From: Patescibacteria group bacterium
Lineage (GTDB): Bacteria; Patescibacteriota; Minisyncoccia; Phycocordibacterales; Phycocordibacteraceae
Assembly (NCBI GenBank): GCA_019744845.1
Contig: JAIETW010000001.1
Location: forward strand, 418,859-482,858
Direction: 5' to 3'
Length of the DNA: 64,000 nucleotides
The translations under genes were made by a program, and so were the position numbers. Below, in pieces: positions 9,927-20,400 of the stretch (position 1 is its first letter; each line of letters opens with the position of its first letter). Below the pieces are notes generated by a model. It did no database searches and was not told the DNA's origin. It saw nothing but the letters and a program-made list of their open reading frames with translations.

Positions 9927-10919
9927 GTGGCCTTTTTTGCGATTATCTCTCTTGTCCCAGGATCGGTAGGGGCCTTTTGGCCATTCTCTATCGCCTCAGG
10001 CGCTGAGGGTGAAAACGAGACTCCAATCCTCCACGATGAGACCCTTCCTCTCCTTAAAGCGGCAGTAAACCTAGACCCGAACCCTTCTAAGGGGGGTGTG
10101 GACATTGCGATGAGCGAGGGGTCCGCCCTTATCGCCAACAGCGGTCCTGCCGGCACCCTTCCATACCGTGAAAGTGGGGTAAAGAACGGCCAGATCTCTT
10201 TGTATACGGTTCGCGAGGGCGATTCCCTCTCTGAGATTGCCGATATGTTCGGCGTGTCAGTCAATACGATTCTATGGGCTAACGACGTGAAGAGCGCCAA
10301 GCTCATCTCTCCAGGAATGGACCTTCTTATTCTTCCTGTCTCCGGCGTGCAGCATAAGGTAGGAAAGGGTGAGACCCTTGCAGGAATTGCCAAGAAATAC
10401 GGCGCAGATGCAGACGAGGTCGCACTCTATAACGGTCTGGAGTCTGGTGCTGCCCTTGCCGCAGGTGAGACCATCGTCGTTCCAGGTGGTGAAGTGCAGA
10501 AGACCGTTGCAAAATCAACGAGCGGAAGTTCAGTGAAGTCTTCAGGAGGAAGTGCGCTTCCTGCGCTCTCTGGCTACTTTGGTAACCCACTTCCGGGTGG
10601 TCGCCTTACACAGGGTATCCACGGATACAACGCGGTAGACATCGGAGCACCGAGCGGCACTCCTATCTATGCAGCTGCGGGCGGTACTATCATCGTCGCA
10701 AAATCAGGCGGAGGATATAACGGTGGATACGGAAACTACATCGTAATCAAGCACGATAACGGCACACAAACTCTCTACGCACACATGAGCTCTCTTGCAG
10801 TATCAGGCGGCGCCGTAGAGAAGGGTGAGTTGATCGGATACGTCGGTATCAGTGGTCGCGCGACTGGCTATCACCTCCACTTTGAAGTACGTGGTGCAAA
10901 GAACCCACTCGCTCGCTAA
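9927..10919 (+). CDS. LysM-LysM-M23 peptidoglycan endopeptidase (true start probably upstream)
   Basis: Two LysM repeats (YTVREGDSLSEIA, HKVGKGETLAGIA); M23 motifs HGYNAVD, YAHM, HLHFEV. Confidence 0.92.
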   Translation: MAFFAIISLVPGSVGAFWPFSIASGAEGENETPILHDETLPLLKAAVNLDPNPSKGGVDIAMSEGSALIANSGPAGTLPYRESGVKNGQISLYTVREGDSLSEIADMFGVSVNTILWANDVKSAKLISPGMDLLILPVSGVQHKVGKGETLAGIAKKYGADADEVALYNGLESGAALAAGETIVVPGGEVQKTVAKSTSGSSVKSSGGSALPALSGYFGNPLPGGRLTQGIHGYNAVDIGAPSGTPIYAAAGGTIIVAKSGGGYNGGYGNYIVIKHDNGTQTLYAHMSSLAVSGGAVEKGELIGYVGISGRATGYHLHFEVRGAKNPLAR

Positions 10920-10927
10920 GAGATAAC

Positions 10928-10961
10928 AAAAAACCGCACCCCATACGAGGTGCGGTTTTTT
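10928..10961. terminator. Bidirectional intrinsic terminator
   Basis: AAAAACCGCACC…GGTGCGGTTTTT between convergent genes. Confidence 0.85.
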
Positions 10962-10968
10962 CTTTTCC

Positions 10969-11634
10969 CTACACTACCGCTGCCGGTTGATTCCCTGCGA
11001 GTGTCTTATATGCGTGCACTGCCGCAAGCATGGTCACCGGAACGGTAACCAACAGACCCACCACAAGCAAAAGCATGCCGACGATGTTAAGACCGAGGAT
11101 TGCCGCGTAGAGCCCAAGAAGACGCCACCGATTTCCTTTGGTGATGCGTGCACTTTCCTTCATTGCAGGCACAGGATCCATGCCGCGATCCATCACGAGA
11201 TAGAGCGACATACCAAACATCAACATGGCGATAATGCCTGGGACAATGAGCAAGATAATACCGAGAAGAAATGCGAAGGCAACCAAGATGGTGGTGAACA
11301 CATACTTCCAGAATGGACGAGGCGCCCACAAATCTTTCACAGTAAGCGTCTCTGTGTTCTCATGTGCACGAAGGTAGAACTGCGTCACTCCCATGTTGTT
11401 CAACACTATATTGATGTAGACGGAGACGAGTGAGAGCAGTACAAACGCAATCAAGAACAAAATGATGGCAAGCGGGCTTGCCGTTGCCTCAAATCCAAAC
11501 TGGATTGCGGAGCTCATGATGTTGAACGCGATGCTCACGAGTGCAAGCGCAACTCCTGCTTTCACAAAAATCCACGGACGCTTCTTAAACGTCGTCCATC
11601 CGAACGAGAGACATTCTTTTACCGAGAGTTTCAT
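10969..11634 (-). CDS. DUF975-like integral membrane protein
   Basis: Multiple TMs; LLIVPGII and AMKESARITKGNRW motifs. Confidence 0.75.
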   Translation of the reverse strand: MKLSVKECLSFGWTTFKKRPWIFVKAGVALALVSIAFNIMSSAIQFGFEATASPLAIILFLIAFVLLSLVSVYINIVLNNMGVTQFYLRAHENTETLTVKDLWAPRPFWKYVFTTILVAFAFLLGIILLIVPGIIAMLMFGMSLYLVMDRGMDPVPAMKESARITKGNRWRLLGLYAAILGLNIVGMLLLVVGLLVTVPVTMLAAVHAYKTLAGNQPAAVV

Positions 11635-11651
11635 AGAGAGAATAATTATTC

Positions 11652-12002
11652 TTACAAATGTGCCTTGCAGGTACGCGCTGCAGGGTCCGCATTAAGCCGT
11701 GCGGGCTCAATCGCTTCGCCTGACACTTCGCACACGCCATAGGTCCCCGCCTCAATACGCGCGAGTGCGGCGAGTACGTGGTTGTAGCGAATCTCCAGAT
11801 CCTTAAGAATCGCCGTATTGCCTTCGTACCCTTCAATCAAGTCAGCAGCGTCGTTTGGATCTGACTCCTGACCTGTTTCTGGAGGGAGTGCCTCCCAGTC
11901 GTTTGGGTTCCCTGGGTTACGACGCCCGACGGTCGCAAGCTGTGTTTCAAGACCTTCCTTCTCTTCGGTAAGGCGCACTTTGTATTCGTTCATGTCGTTC
12001 AT
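11652..12002 (-). CDS. dksA: TraR/DksA-family transcription factor
   Basis: DPNDAAD coiled-coil tip; ALARIEAGTYGVCEVSGEAIEPARL.ADPAARTC. Confidence 0.85.
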   Translation of the reverse strand: MNDMNEYKVRLTEEKEGLETQLATVGRRNPGNPNDWEALPPETGQESDPNDAADLIEGYEGNTAILKDLEIRYNHVLAALARIEAGTYGVCEVSGEAIEPARLNADPAARTCKAHL

Positions 12003-12021
12003 GGTGGGAACTGTAGCACAC

Positions 12022-13335
12022 TCAAGGGGCAGCGGTTGCGGTAAGGCGGGACACCAATTCTGCGAACGCTGCTTCGTCGCGCGCGATGATCAATGTCTCC
12101 TTGTCACGGTATCCATAGAGAAGAATCGTGCGCTCGCGGTAATCCCGAAGGGCTCGCACGTCACGGCTCGCTACCACATCATCTACAAAGCGTGGAGGCG
12201 GGATTACTTCTGCGGGCGTAGTGGTACCTGTCGTTGGTGCAACCACTGGATCTACCGGATACGCAGGGTAGAGAATCGCGAGATCTCCTACCATGTCTAC
12301 TTCCCACTCAAGCATTCCGGCAAAGGTACGCTCAAAGGAAGAGACGCGCAGTACAAAGAAGGCATGCGCGTCCTGTTCGGTGCGTACGACACCGACGGTA
12401 CTTACATCTTCTATGTTTCTCAAAAGAATACTTGGTGCAGGAAGCTCCAGTGCACGTACGAGCACTCCTCCTGGCTGTGGGAAACGAATGATGTCGCTCT
12501 TTTCTGTAGTCGTGGCAGTCGTGATGTAAGTAATGAGGACGCTTCCTGGATCAAGATCTGGAGTGGCCGCATTGGCAAGGTTGCGCATAAGCTCATTGCC
12601 CGTTCCCGTAATTTCCGTACGTGCATCCGCAAACACGAGTGATGGTACGGCCTGTTCGGTCGGAATCACCGACAGGTCCTGCGACCAACGATAGGCCGCA
12701 TAGAGACCGAAGAGTCCAAGCAATATAAGCATCCCCCCGACGATGAACTTCGTGCGGTCTTTCTTTTGTGCGGCGAGTGCTTCGGGTGCTTTTACTCCCG
12801 AATCTTTTTCTGCGGCAAGCACAGAGAAGACCGATGCATTCTTGTCATCAATGTGTTCCGCAAAGTCGCTCTTGTATGTGTGAATCGGGGCAGGGCGAGG
12901 GGGTGTTGCTGGTTTTGAAAGAGGGATCGGAGGAGGGGGCGCTACCGGAGACGCAGTGGGCACTGGCTCCCCTGCCGCGCGTGCACGAAGGCGGGCAAGT
13001 ACTGCTGCACGCACCTCATCATCTTTCGGAGGAGCAGGTGGTATGGGAGTTGGAGGAAGCGGGGGAAGCGGAGTCGTCCCAGGCACTTCCGCACCAGGGA
13101 GTATTGGTGCCGCAGATACGATCTTCACTGGAGGCGCCGGAGTAGGTTTTGGCTCAACGACTGGTGCGGGTGTGGGCTCCACAGGCGGAGGCGCCACGAC
13201 TGGTGTCATGTTCGCGTCTTTTGGCTTCTTCCCACTTGCCGCTGCGACGTCTTTAGCAAAACTGCGCACATGAGAGGCGCGGTTTTGTGGAGCAGGAGTG
13301 TTCGCTTGGTCTGCCACGGTCTTTCTATTGTACAC
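12022..13335 (-). CDS. Proline-rich bitopic membrane protein
   Basis: Pro-rich N-half, single TM, extracytoplasmic domain (FAGMLEWE). Confidence 0.75.
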   Translation of the reverse strand: MYNRKTVADQANTPAPQNRASHVRSFAKDVAAASGKKPKDANMTPVVAPPPVEPTPAPVVEPKPTPAPPVKIVSAAPILPGAEVPGTTPLPPLPPTPIPPAPPKDDEVRAAVLARLRARAAGEPVPTASPVAPPPPIPLSKPATPPRPAPIHTYKSDFAEHIDDKNASVFSVLAAEKDSGVKAPEALAAQKKDRTKFIVGGMLILLGLFGLYAAYRWSQDLSVIPTEQAVPSLVFADARTEITGTGNELMRNLANAATPDLDPGSVLITYITTATTTEKSDIIRFPQPGGVLVRALELPAPSILLRNIEDVSTVGVVRTEQDAHAFFVLRVSSFERTFAGMLEWEVDMVGDLAILYPAYPVDPVVAPTTGTTTPAEVIPPPRFVDDVVASRDVRALRDYRERTILLYGYRDKETLIIARDEAAFAELVSRLTATAAP

Positions 13336-13359
13336 GGCACCACGTGCACTTTCCCCGCG

Positions 13360-13875
13360 TTATCCGCGAGAAGTGATGGTGTATTTCTTTGGATCCTCGC
13401 ACATATCCGTGAATGCATGTGCCGCCTCACGAAGCTTAGACGAAGAAGAACGGCCAAAGGAGATGACCTCCACCTGGCAGCCTTCGTTCATGTCTAAGTA
13501 CTCAATAAGAGGGACGAAGTCTCCGTCTCCGGTCGCAAGAATCACGGTATCAAGCTTTGGGGCGAGTTTGACGGCATCAATCGCAAGACCGACGTCCCAG
13601 TCAGCCTTCTTAGCACCATCGGAGAAGATCTGGAGACCTTTCACCTTAGTTTCAATACCCATTTTGGTGAGGGCTTCAAAGAAATTGGTCTCATCCCCGC
13701 TTTCGGTGGAAATGACGTAGGCAATAGCACGCACAAGGGTACGTCCACCGACTGCTTCTTCAAGGATCTTTCCGAAGTTTACGCGAGCTTTATAAAGGTG
13801 TTTGGCGCTGTGGTAGAGGTTCTGAGTGTCTATAAAAACCCCGACACGCTGCGCCGGATGTTTGATTACCGGCAT
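13360..13875 (-). CDS. NYN/LabA (DUF88) PIN-fold protein
   Basis: VFIDTQNLY, KADWDVGLAID, TGDGDFVP. Confidence 0.9.
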   Translation of the reverse strand: MPVIKHPAQRVGVFIDTQNLYHSAKHLYKARVNFGKILEEAVGGRTLVRAIAYVISTESGDETNFFEALTKMGIETKVKGLQIFSDGAKKADWDVGLAIDAVKLAPKLDTVILATGDGDFVPLIEYLDMNEGCQVEVISFGRSSSSKLREAAHAFTDMCEDPKKYTITSRG

Positions 13876-13937
13876 AGAATTGTATGAAAATGGTTAAGTG
13901 AGGGCGAGCGCCCTTCTATCATCTTACCAAACGACGA

Positions 13938-13956
13938 ACCGCCCTTCCGGGCGGTA
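13938..13956 (-). terminator. Hairpin after rpsO
   Basis: ACCGCCC-TTCC-GGGCGGT. Confidence 0.55.
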
Positions 13957-13961
13957 CTGCG

Positions 13962-14228
13962 TTACTTCTTCAAACCGAGCTTCTTGATGAGCGCGTTATA
14001 ACGGCGCTTATCATTCTTCTCTAGGTAGCGAAGGTGTGAACGACGATCGGCAACCATCTGGAGAAGACCGCGACGTGAGTGAAGATCCTTCTGGTTCTTC
14101 TTCAAGTGCTTGGTCAATTCATCAATCTGGCGGCTCAAAAGAGCGACCTGGACGTCGGCAGAGCCAGTGTCCGTGTCGTGTCGTGCGGCGTTTTTAACCA
14201 CCGTTGTCTTTACGCGCTTGGTAAGCAT
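13962..14228 (-). CDS. rpsO: 30S ribosomal protein S15
   Basis: DTGSADVQVALL, HLKKNQKDLHSRRGLL. Confidence 0.97.
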   Translation of the reverse strand: MLTKRVKTTVVKNAARHDTDTGSADVQVALLSRQIDELTKHLKKNQKDLHSRRGLLQMVADRRSHLRYLEKNDKRRYNALIKKLGLKK

Positions 14229-14345
14229 GATTCGTGGACTGTAGCACATCTTGCCAAAAAACGCAAGTGTTTCCTAGTGTTTTGGCCCTCCCCAGCCTGA
14301 GAGGCCCCGTGGCATATATATTGTGCGAAGTGCTACACTTCCTTC

Positions 14346-15245
14346 ATGGAAGCAGAGAGCCTCAAGCGCCAATTTCTTGAATATATAGAAATAGAGCGCG
14401 GACGTGCGGTGAAAACCGTTGAAAACTACGACCGATATCTCACGAAGTATCTGAAACAGATGCAAATCAAGAGTGTCAAAGACATCTCGGAGAACAATAT
14501 TCGTGAATTCCGCATGTGGCTGAACCGCCAGGCAGGTGTTTCAGGCTCAATGAAACGCCGAACCCAGAATTATTACCTCATTGCCCTCCGTGCGTTCCTA
14601 AAGTATCTCCGAAAACGGGACATAGAGTGTATTTCCCCTGAGCGCATAGAGCTCGCGAAACTCCCCGAACGCTCATTGGACCTTATTACCTCCGCAGAGC
14701 TTGAGCGCCTCATGAAATCTACGGATGGAACGGATGAGAAGTCCCTTCGTGATCGTGCAATTCTAGAACTCCTCTTCTCCACTGGTCTTCGTGTGTCTGA
14801 GCTCTGTTCTCTTGATTCTGATATTGACCTTACCCGTGATGAACTTTCCGTACGCGGAAAAGGCGACAAGGTGCGTGTGGTATTTATCTCCCCCTCTGCA
14901 AAAGAAGCGGTACGTGACTACCTGAAACACCGTAAAGATATGGAGGAGGCGTTGTTTGTAAATATTCCTGCAGTAGGGAAAGCAAAACATCCGTCTCGTC
15001 TCACGCCTCGTGCAATTCAGTTGCTTATAAAAAAGTATGCCGCGAAAGCGGGTATCACGAAGAAAGTCACTCCACACGTACTTCGTCACTCCTTTGCGAC
15101 TGATCTCCTTTCAAACGGCGCAGACATAAGAAGTGTCCAGGCACTTCTCGGCCACGCCTCAATCAATACGACGCAGATTTACACGCACGTCACGGATGCA
15201 CACCTTAGAGAGGTGCATAAGAAGTTCCACGGAAAGAATAGGTAG
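14346..15245 (+). CDS. xerC: XerC/XerD-family tyrosine recombinase
   Basis: TGLRVSEL, GKGDKVR, HVLRHSFAT, LGHASINTTQIY; XerC versus XerD not resolvable. Confidence 0.9.
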   Translation: MEAESLKRQFLEYIEIERGRAVKTVENYDRYLTKYLKQMQIKSVKDISENNIREFRMWLNRQAGVSGSMKRRTQNYYLIALRAFLKYLRKRDIECISPERIELAKLPERSLDLITSAELERLMKSTDGTDEKSLRDRAILELLFSTGLRVSELCSLDSDIDLTRDELSVRGKGDKVRVVFISPSAKEAVRDYLKHRKDMEEALFVNIPAVGKAKHPSRLTPRAIQLLIKKYAAKAGITKKVTPHVLRHSFATDLLSNGADIRSVQALLGHASINTTQIYTHVTDAHLREVHKKFHGKNR

Positions 15246-16040
15246 CTAGCGAGGTGCGTGCACCTGCTCACTCGTGGGCGCTTTGCGATCATATGCGTGC
15301 ACAAAGTACACAATCGCCCAGCGTGCGGCGTCATCTGACACGGTATCCTCTGACGCCTGAATCACATCGTGCCATGCGGCAGGAATCTCTCCTGCTGTAA
15401 GATCGGGGAAATGGAAGCCCGGCATAAAGATTGCTGTCTGATCTTTATGCACAATCTCGGTAAGAGTGGCGTCATTCGTACCAATACGAAGACCGGGTGC
15501 GCTTTCTGCCAGTGCGAGGGTGCAGCCACCTCGGTCATAGTGTGCACGCGCAAGAAACTTTCCCTTCCCTTGTGCATCATATTTCAAAAACCGTAGTGCT
15601 CGGTCAAGCGGACGCTCGGGATCTACAAAAGACGCATAGAGTCCAGGATATGTGACTTCAAGCTCCTGAAGCACGCTTCGTACACTCTCTTCTGCATGCG
15701 TAAAGATGGTGTGCGCAGCATCGGTAAGGGCCTTTAGTTTTGGCTCTCGTGTAATGGCATCTGCAAATTGCACCGAAAACTCAGGATGATAATGGAAGAA
15801 TTCTTTATAGTCGTAGTGTCCGTACTCTTCATCCTTCTCTCCTTGAGTGCGCATGTACCCCACGTCACTTCCCCGAGGATCATTCGGGTTCCGAATGAAG
15901 AAAAGAGAATTCTTGGTCTCTTGTGGAAGTGTGAGGAACTCAAAAAACTTCCCCGCAGCTCCTGAAAGCTCCTCCCGAGAGAGTGGAAATGGGCGGGCCG
16001 TGTGCGCACGCTCCTGAAGTTCGCGAAGAAGCTCACTCAT
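15246..16040 (-). CDS. 2-oxoglutarate/Fe(II) dioxygenase (IPNS/DIOX-like)
   Basis: DYKEFF, LRFLKY, HYD…H (AWHDV) facial triad, RWAIVYF. Confidence 0.8.
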   Translation of the reverse strand: MSELLRELQERAHTARPFPLSREELSGAAGKFFEFLTLPQETKNSLFFIRNPNDPRGSDVGYMRTQGEKDEEYGHYDYKEFFHYHPEFSVQFADAITREPKLKALTDAAHTIFTHAEESVRSVLQELEVTYPGLYASFVDPERPLDRALRFLKYDAQGKGKFLARAHYDRGGCTLALAESAPGLRIGTNDATLTEIVHKDQTAIFMPGFHFPDLTAGEIPAAWHDVIQASEDTVSDDAARWAIVYFVHAYDRKAPTSEQVHAPR

Positions 16041-16043
16041 GCA

Positions 16044-16427
16044 CTAGTCTACAATCCCGCGTGTGTTCTGCACTCCCTCATTTGTATCCCCTATAAGGTG
16101 ATAAGTAGTGACATCAATACTTGAGCCTCCACCAAATGAGCTTCCCCCACTCACCGTAGGAATAGAAATGGTACGCACCGACTGAAGCCAGCTCACAATC
16201 GCATTAGGAGTCACAGGCTGGAAACTGTAGGCGCCACCTGACGTAGGAGTCTCGGTGGCCGGAGTGACTGACGTACGTACAGGCGCACTTGCTCCTTCGG
16301 ACTGCATCTTAAGAATCAAATAGTCTATGTAACTTCCTGTGCCTCGTTCAATGGCGTATACGGGCGTCGCTGAGAGCGCAATTCCGATAAACACTGCACA
16401 CACAACAATGAATCGTGAATAGTACAT
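16044..16427 (-). CDS. Small secreted hypothetical protein
   Basis: Signal peptide ending VYA, Ser/Thr/Gly-rich. Confidence 0.55.
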   Translation of the reverse strand: MYYSRFIVVCAVFIGIALSATPVYAIERGTGSYIDYLILKMQSEGASAPVRTSVTPATETPTSGGAYSFQPVTPNAIVSWLQSVRTISIPTVSGGSSFGGGSSIDVTTYHLIGDTNEGVQNTRGIVD

Positions 16428-16469
16428 ACGTTTCAGTGGTAAGGATTTCTCCTTCAAAGTATATCGCAC

Positions 16470-17375
16470 CTATCCAAGCACTGGCGCTCCGAAGAGCACG
16501 TAGTTTCCAAGTACCAAGAGTGCAGCCATAAGCACAATGAGTACTACCGTGACAGTAACGTGCTTAAGGTGATGACGCTTAAATTCAATCCCCGTCACAA
16601 TCGCAAGCGCAGAGACCAATACAAATCCACAAAGAATGTAGAAGAACTGGAGTGTGGTAAGTGGAGACGCAAGCGCGCGATCAAGCACGGATACCGTTGC
16701 GACCTGTGGTAGAGGCGCAGCTTCCGTGGCACCAAGCACTGCAGTGTCATCTGACTCCTCAGTCGTTGCGACTGCCGTTTCTTCCGCAGGAATATCAGTG
16801 GGCGTCAGTGGGCGCACCTCTGCCGCAGCAACCTGTCGTGGCGTACCGAACATCTGTACGACAAACACCGCACGCTTCCCTTTGTGCTCCCCCACTGCAG
16901 TGGCAATACCAATCTCTGTAAACTTCTCGTTCAAAATATTGGCACGGTGAGTGGGTGACTCCATCCAAGCACGTTCTACATTCGCAGAGTCAGAGAAGTT
17001 CACCGCAAGATTCTCTCCGGCGTATGCGAAGGAATACCCTGCTTCCCTAAACCAGTACCAGGAATCAAGACCATCCGGTGAGTTGTGCGCAAAGTATCCG
17101 CGCGTCGCCATATCGTTTGCCTTAGCTTGTGCGGCAGCAACCAAGACTGGACTTACTGCAAGTTCTCCCAGATCACGCTCTACTCGGTCTTCGTTGGTGA
17201 GCTCTACAAGTGTTGCAGAGACAACTGCTGCCATTTGTCCTGAACGCACAAAGACATCTGCGTAGAGCGCGATGACTACGAACGCACCGATGATCACGGC
17301 GGAAGACGCCACGATACCGAGAACGCTAAAGAGATGGTGCGCAGGGTGGGCCGGCTTTTCGGTCTCCATTGACAT
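16470..17375 (-). CDS. CAP/SCP-domain membrane protein
   Basis: KANDMATRGYFAH, AGENLA, WMESPTHRANIL; TM helices at both ends. Confidence 0.9.
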   Translation of the reverse strand: MSMETEKPAHPAHHLFSVLGIVASSAVIIGAFVVIALYADVFVRSGQMAAVVSATLVELTNEDRVERDLGELAVSPVLVAAAQAKANDMATRGYFAHNSPDGLDSWYWFREAGYSFAYAGENLAVNFSDSANVERAWMESPTHRANILNEKFTEIGIATAVGEHKGKRAVFVVQMFGTPRQVAAAEVRPLTPTDIPAEETAVATTEESDDTAVLGATEAAPLPQVATVSVLDRALASPLTTLQFFYILCGFVLVSALAIVTGIEFKRHHLKHVTVTVVLIVLMAALLVLGNYVLFGAPVLG

Positions 17376-17450
17376 ATTCAGATTTTACCACATAACCAAA
17401 ATAACAAAACCACCCTCTCGGGTGGTCCTGTGTCGCCCTATCTGCCATGC

Positions 17451-20400
17451 TTATGGCAACTGAGGCATTGGGAGGTTAAGAGACGGACAGAAGATGTTGT
17501 TGATCTTGCGCTGCGTCGTCTTGTACACGTATCCCGTTGAGTCATCAGAGTCCTGAATACCTGACTCTGGGATGCTAAACCAAGGCTGGAGCACTTCCTC
17601 CCAGTACAGAACCTGGAAGGCACGTACTGCGGCATCGGTAAGCGGTCCGAATACTCCGGTCACTGGAAGCCCTGCACCCATGTGTTCGTTCAAGAAGCCC
17701 TGAAGATCCGTTACTTCTGCACCATCATTGGTGAGATTCATACCAAGGAAGGTATCAAGGAGCGGACCACATGACGTTCCGTCGGTAAACGCACCCTGGA
17801 CTTCACCGTCGTCATTGTTGTTACCACCGCCTCCACCTCCTCCCCCACCACCATTGGTGGTGAAGCTTTCATCCTGATCGTTCTCAAAGGTACAGACAAT
17901 TGTCTCATCCTCTACGATGGTGACCTGGTGACCATTCTCAATGACTGAGCCGGCGCTCTCTCCCTCGTACTCACAGGTGACGCTCAAGAGATTCCAGCCC
18001 TCAGGTACGTTCTCGGTCACTGAGTAGACTCCAACCTCAAGTTCACGCTCTGCTTCACCAGAGCCTTCTACGGTCGTAACCTCTACCTGTACAAGCTCCT
18101 CGTTTCCTCCGATCTGGAAGGAGAAGGTATTGTCAGATCCGATCACTTCCTTACGGATGATGAGTGTTCCCGTATCACTGTCGCCTCCTCCGTCATCAAT
18201 GACACGGTTCTGGATGGTGAAGGTCTCCGTTGCTGCATTCACGCTTACGCTCGTGCCATCAATCGCGGTGTCGCCATCAAAGGTTGCGTAGTGTGCCCAT
18301 CCGCTCTGAAGAAGCTCCTCGGCGCTGTAAACACCGTACGGCACATTCTCAAAGGTGACACAGCCATCTTCACCAGTCACCCCTGCGTATCCCTCGTAGA
18401 GATCCACTGCAAGCGTGCTGTTCACGTTATCGCCATACCATCCTGCTTGTACGAGTGGCACTGGATCTCCATCGTAGATGCGGAAGTTTGCAGACCCATC
18501 AACTGGCTGGATGAAGGACTGTGCATACACGTGAGACGTGTTGTACGGACCCCAATCACTTGCCGGATCAAAGGCGCTGTTGATCTGAAGTTCTAGGATG
18601 TCGGTTGAGTATCCAAGGAATCCATCAATCGGCGTCACCCATGCATCCGTGGTTGAGTACTCTGCGTCTACGACGTTTGCATTGTTTGCGGCACCTCCTG
18701 CGTTGGTCCAGAGACCAGAAGCGACTGCGAGGTATGACAGACCATCCTCAAGTGAGGTGACCGTGTTCGTACCGTTCACATCGTTCACGGCAACCGCAAG
18801 ACTTTCTACCTCATCGCCCTTGAGCATGAGCGTCCAATACTGAAGCGGCTCATAATCTTCCCCAATCTTACACATGGTCACTGAGGAGAATGGCTGTGGT
18901 GGGATCTCACACTCGTTTTCATTCACCACGAGCTTGTAGAGAAGACCCGCAGGATTGTTCTCTGGATCATTTGAGGTTGGGTGGTCCATGTTCACAATCT
19001 CAAAGGTGATGGTGTTTTCACCGTTCACCATGAGTGCGGCAGGAACGGCACAGGTCGTGGTGGCACCGTAGTTGAGTTCACCGGCATTTGCACAGATGCT
19101 CGTGCCGTTTACCTTCACGTTGTAGCCGTTGTCTGCGGCAATCTCAAGCGTTGAATCAAGAGGTGTGCCGACAATCTCAAAGGTACGGGTGAAGGTCTCA
19201 GAGGTACCGAGGTCTGCATCCTCTACTGAGGTGCTGTTGTCCTTCCAGATCCAGAGTGCATCAACCGTGTCTACCCATGACTCGTGGATGAATTCACCAA
19301 CGAGAGAGGCAGGGCCGCTTTCATCAAGAGTGAGAAGACCATCGTCTCCTGCATCGCTTGAGAGAAGGACGGTTGAGGCGCTTGGATTGCACTGATCCTC
19401 AGGATCCGTAGGGGCATTGAAGGCCACACAGTAGTAGATCTCGCCTTCCTCAACTGGATCAATCCAATCCCAGTTGTCGTAGTTGAGTACATCAGTAGAA
19501 CAGTAGATCTCTGCAGACACATCCTGGTCTACGTTTGCACCCGTGAATGGAATGAATCCATCCTTGAGTACTTCACGTACCCAGACCTTACCTCCTGCAG
19601 GAATCTCAGTCGTGAGAGAGCCGTCACCGACACCCTCTCCGAAGAGAGACCATGGTGCTGGGGCTGCGCTCACAATGTTATCGCCTGGGTTGGTGCTTGA
19701 GTCGGTGTCAGATACCCACTGGAACTGCCAATCTGGCACAAGACGACATCCTTCGTGCGTTGCAAGGAAGTCTGCTGCGGTGGTGGCAGTAATGTCTGCA
19801 CCTCCTGCACCCCAGTTTGGAAGATCCTCTTCGTAGTTACAGACAATCTTCGTCGCAACCAAGGTTGCAACTGGCTCAGGCTCCTCACACATGAGGCTCG
19901 TGTTGTCTATGAAGGTACCGAGTGAGTCGTTTGGTGTTCCGGCATCGCGGAAGGTGATCTCAGTTGAAGCCTGTGTAGATGAGGCGGTGAAACTGAAGGT
20001 GTGGCTCGTCCACTCGGTCTGGTTTCCTGCAGTTGCAAGAGGGCCGACAGAACCGAACACCACTCCGTTCTGAAGCACTTCTACTTTGTTCTGTGCGGCT
20101 GCAGTTCCTGGACGTGGAGAGAAGTCAAAGGAGATCGTGTATGTCTCACCCGGAACGGTGTCTACCGTCTGGGAGATTGCGACCTGTCCTTCTTCTCCGT
20201 TCAGACCAGAGTCCGGTCCTTCCCAGTCAGAATCAAGCTCAGTCCACTGAGTGCCCTCACCGGTTGCACTCCAACCGTTAAGACCTGCCTCCTGAATTTC
20301 AAGGTTTGCGACCTTTGGAGCAGACACATTTCCGGTCAACCACTGTGCTCCCCAGCCAAGATCCTCATCAGCTATAAGGTTGAAGATATCCCACATGCTG

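Noticed and set aside
14346-15245. Tyrosine recombinase as the integrase of a mobile element
   Set aside because: Size and motifs are those of chromosomal Xer, it sits next to rpsO, and no att repeats or cargo are visible.
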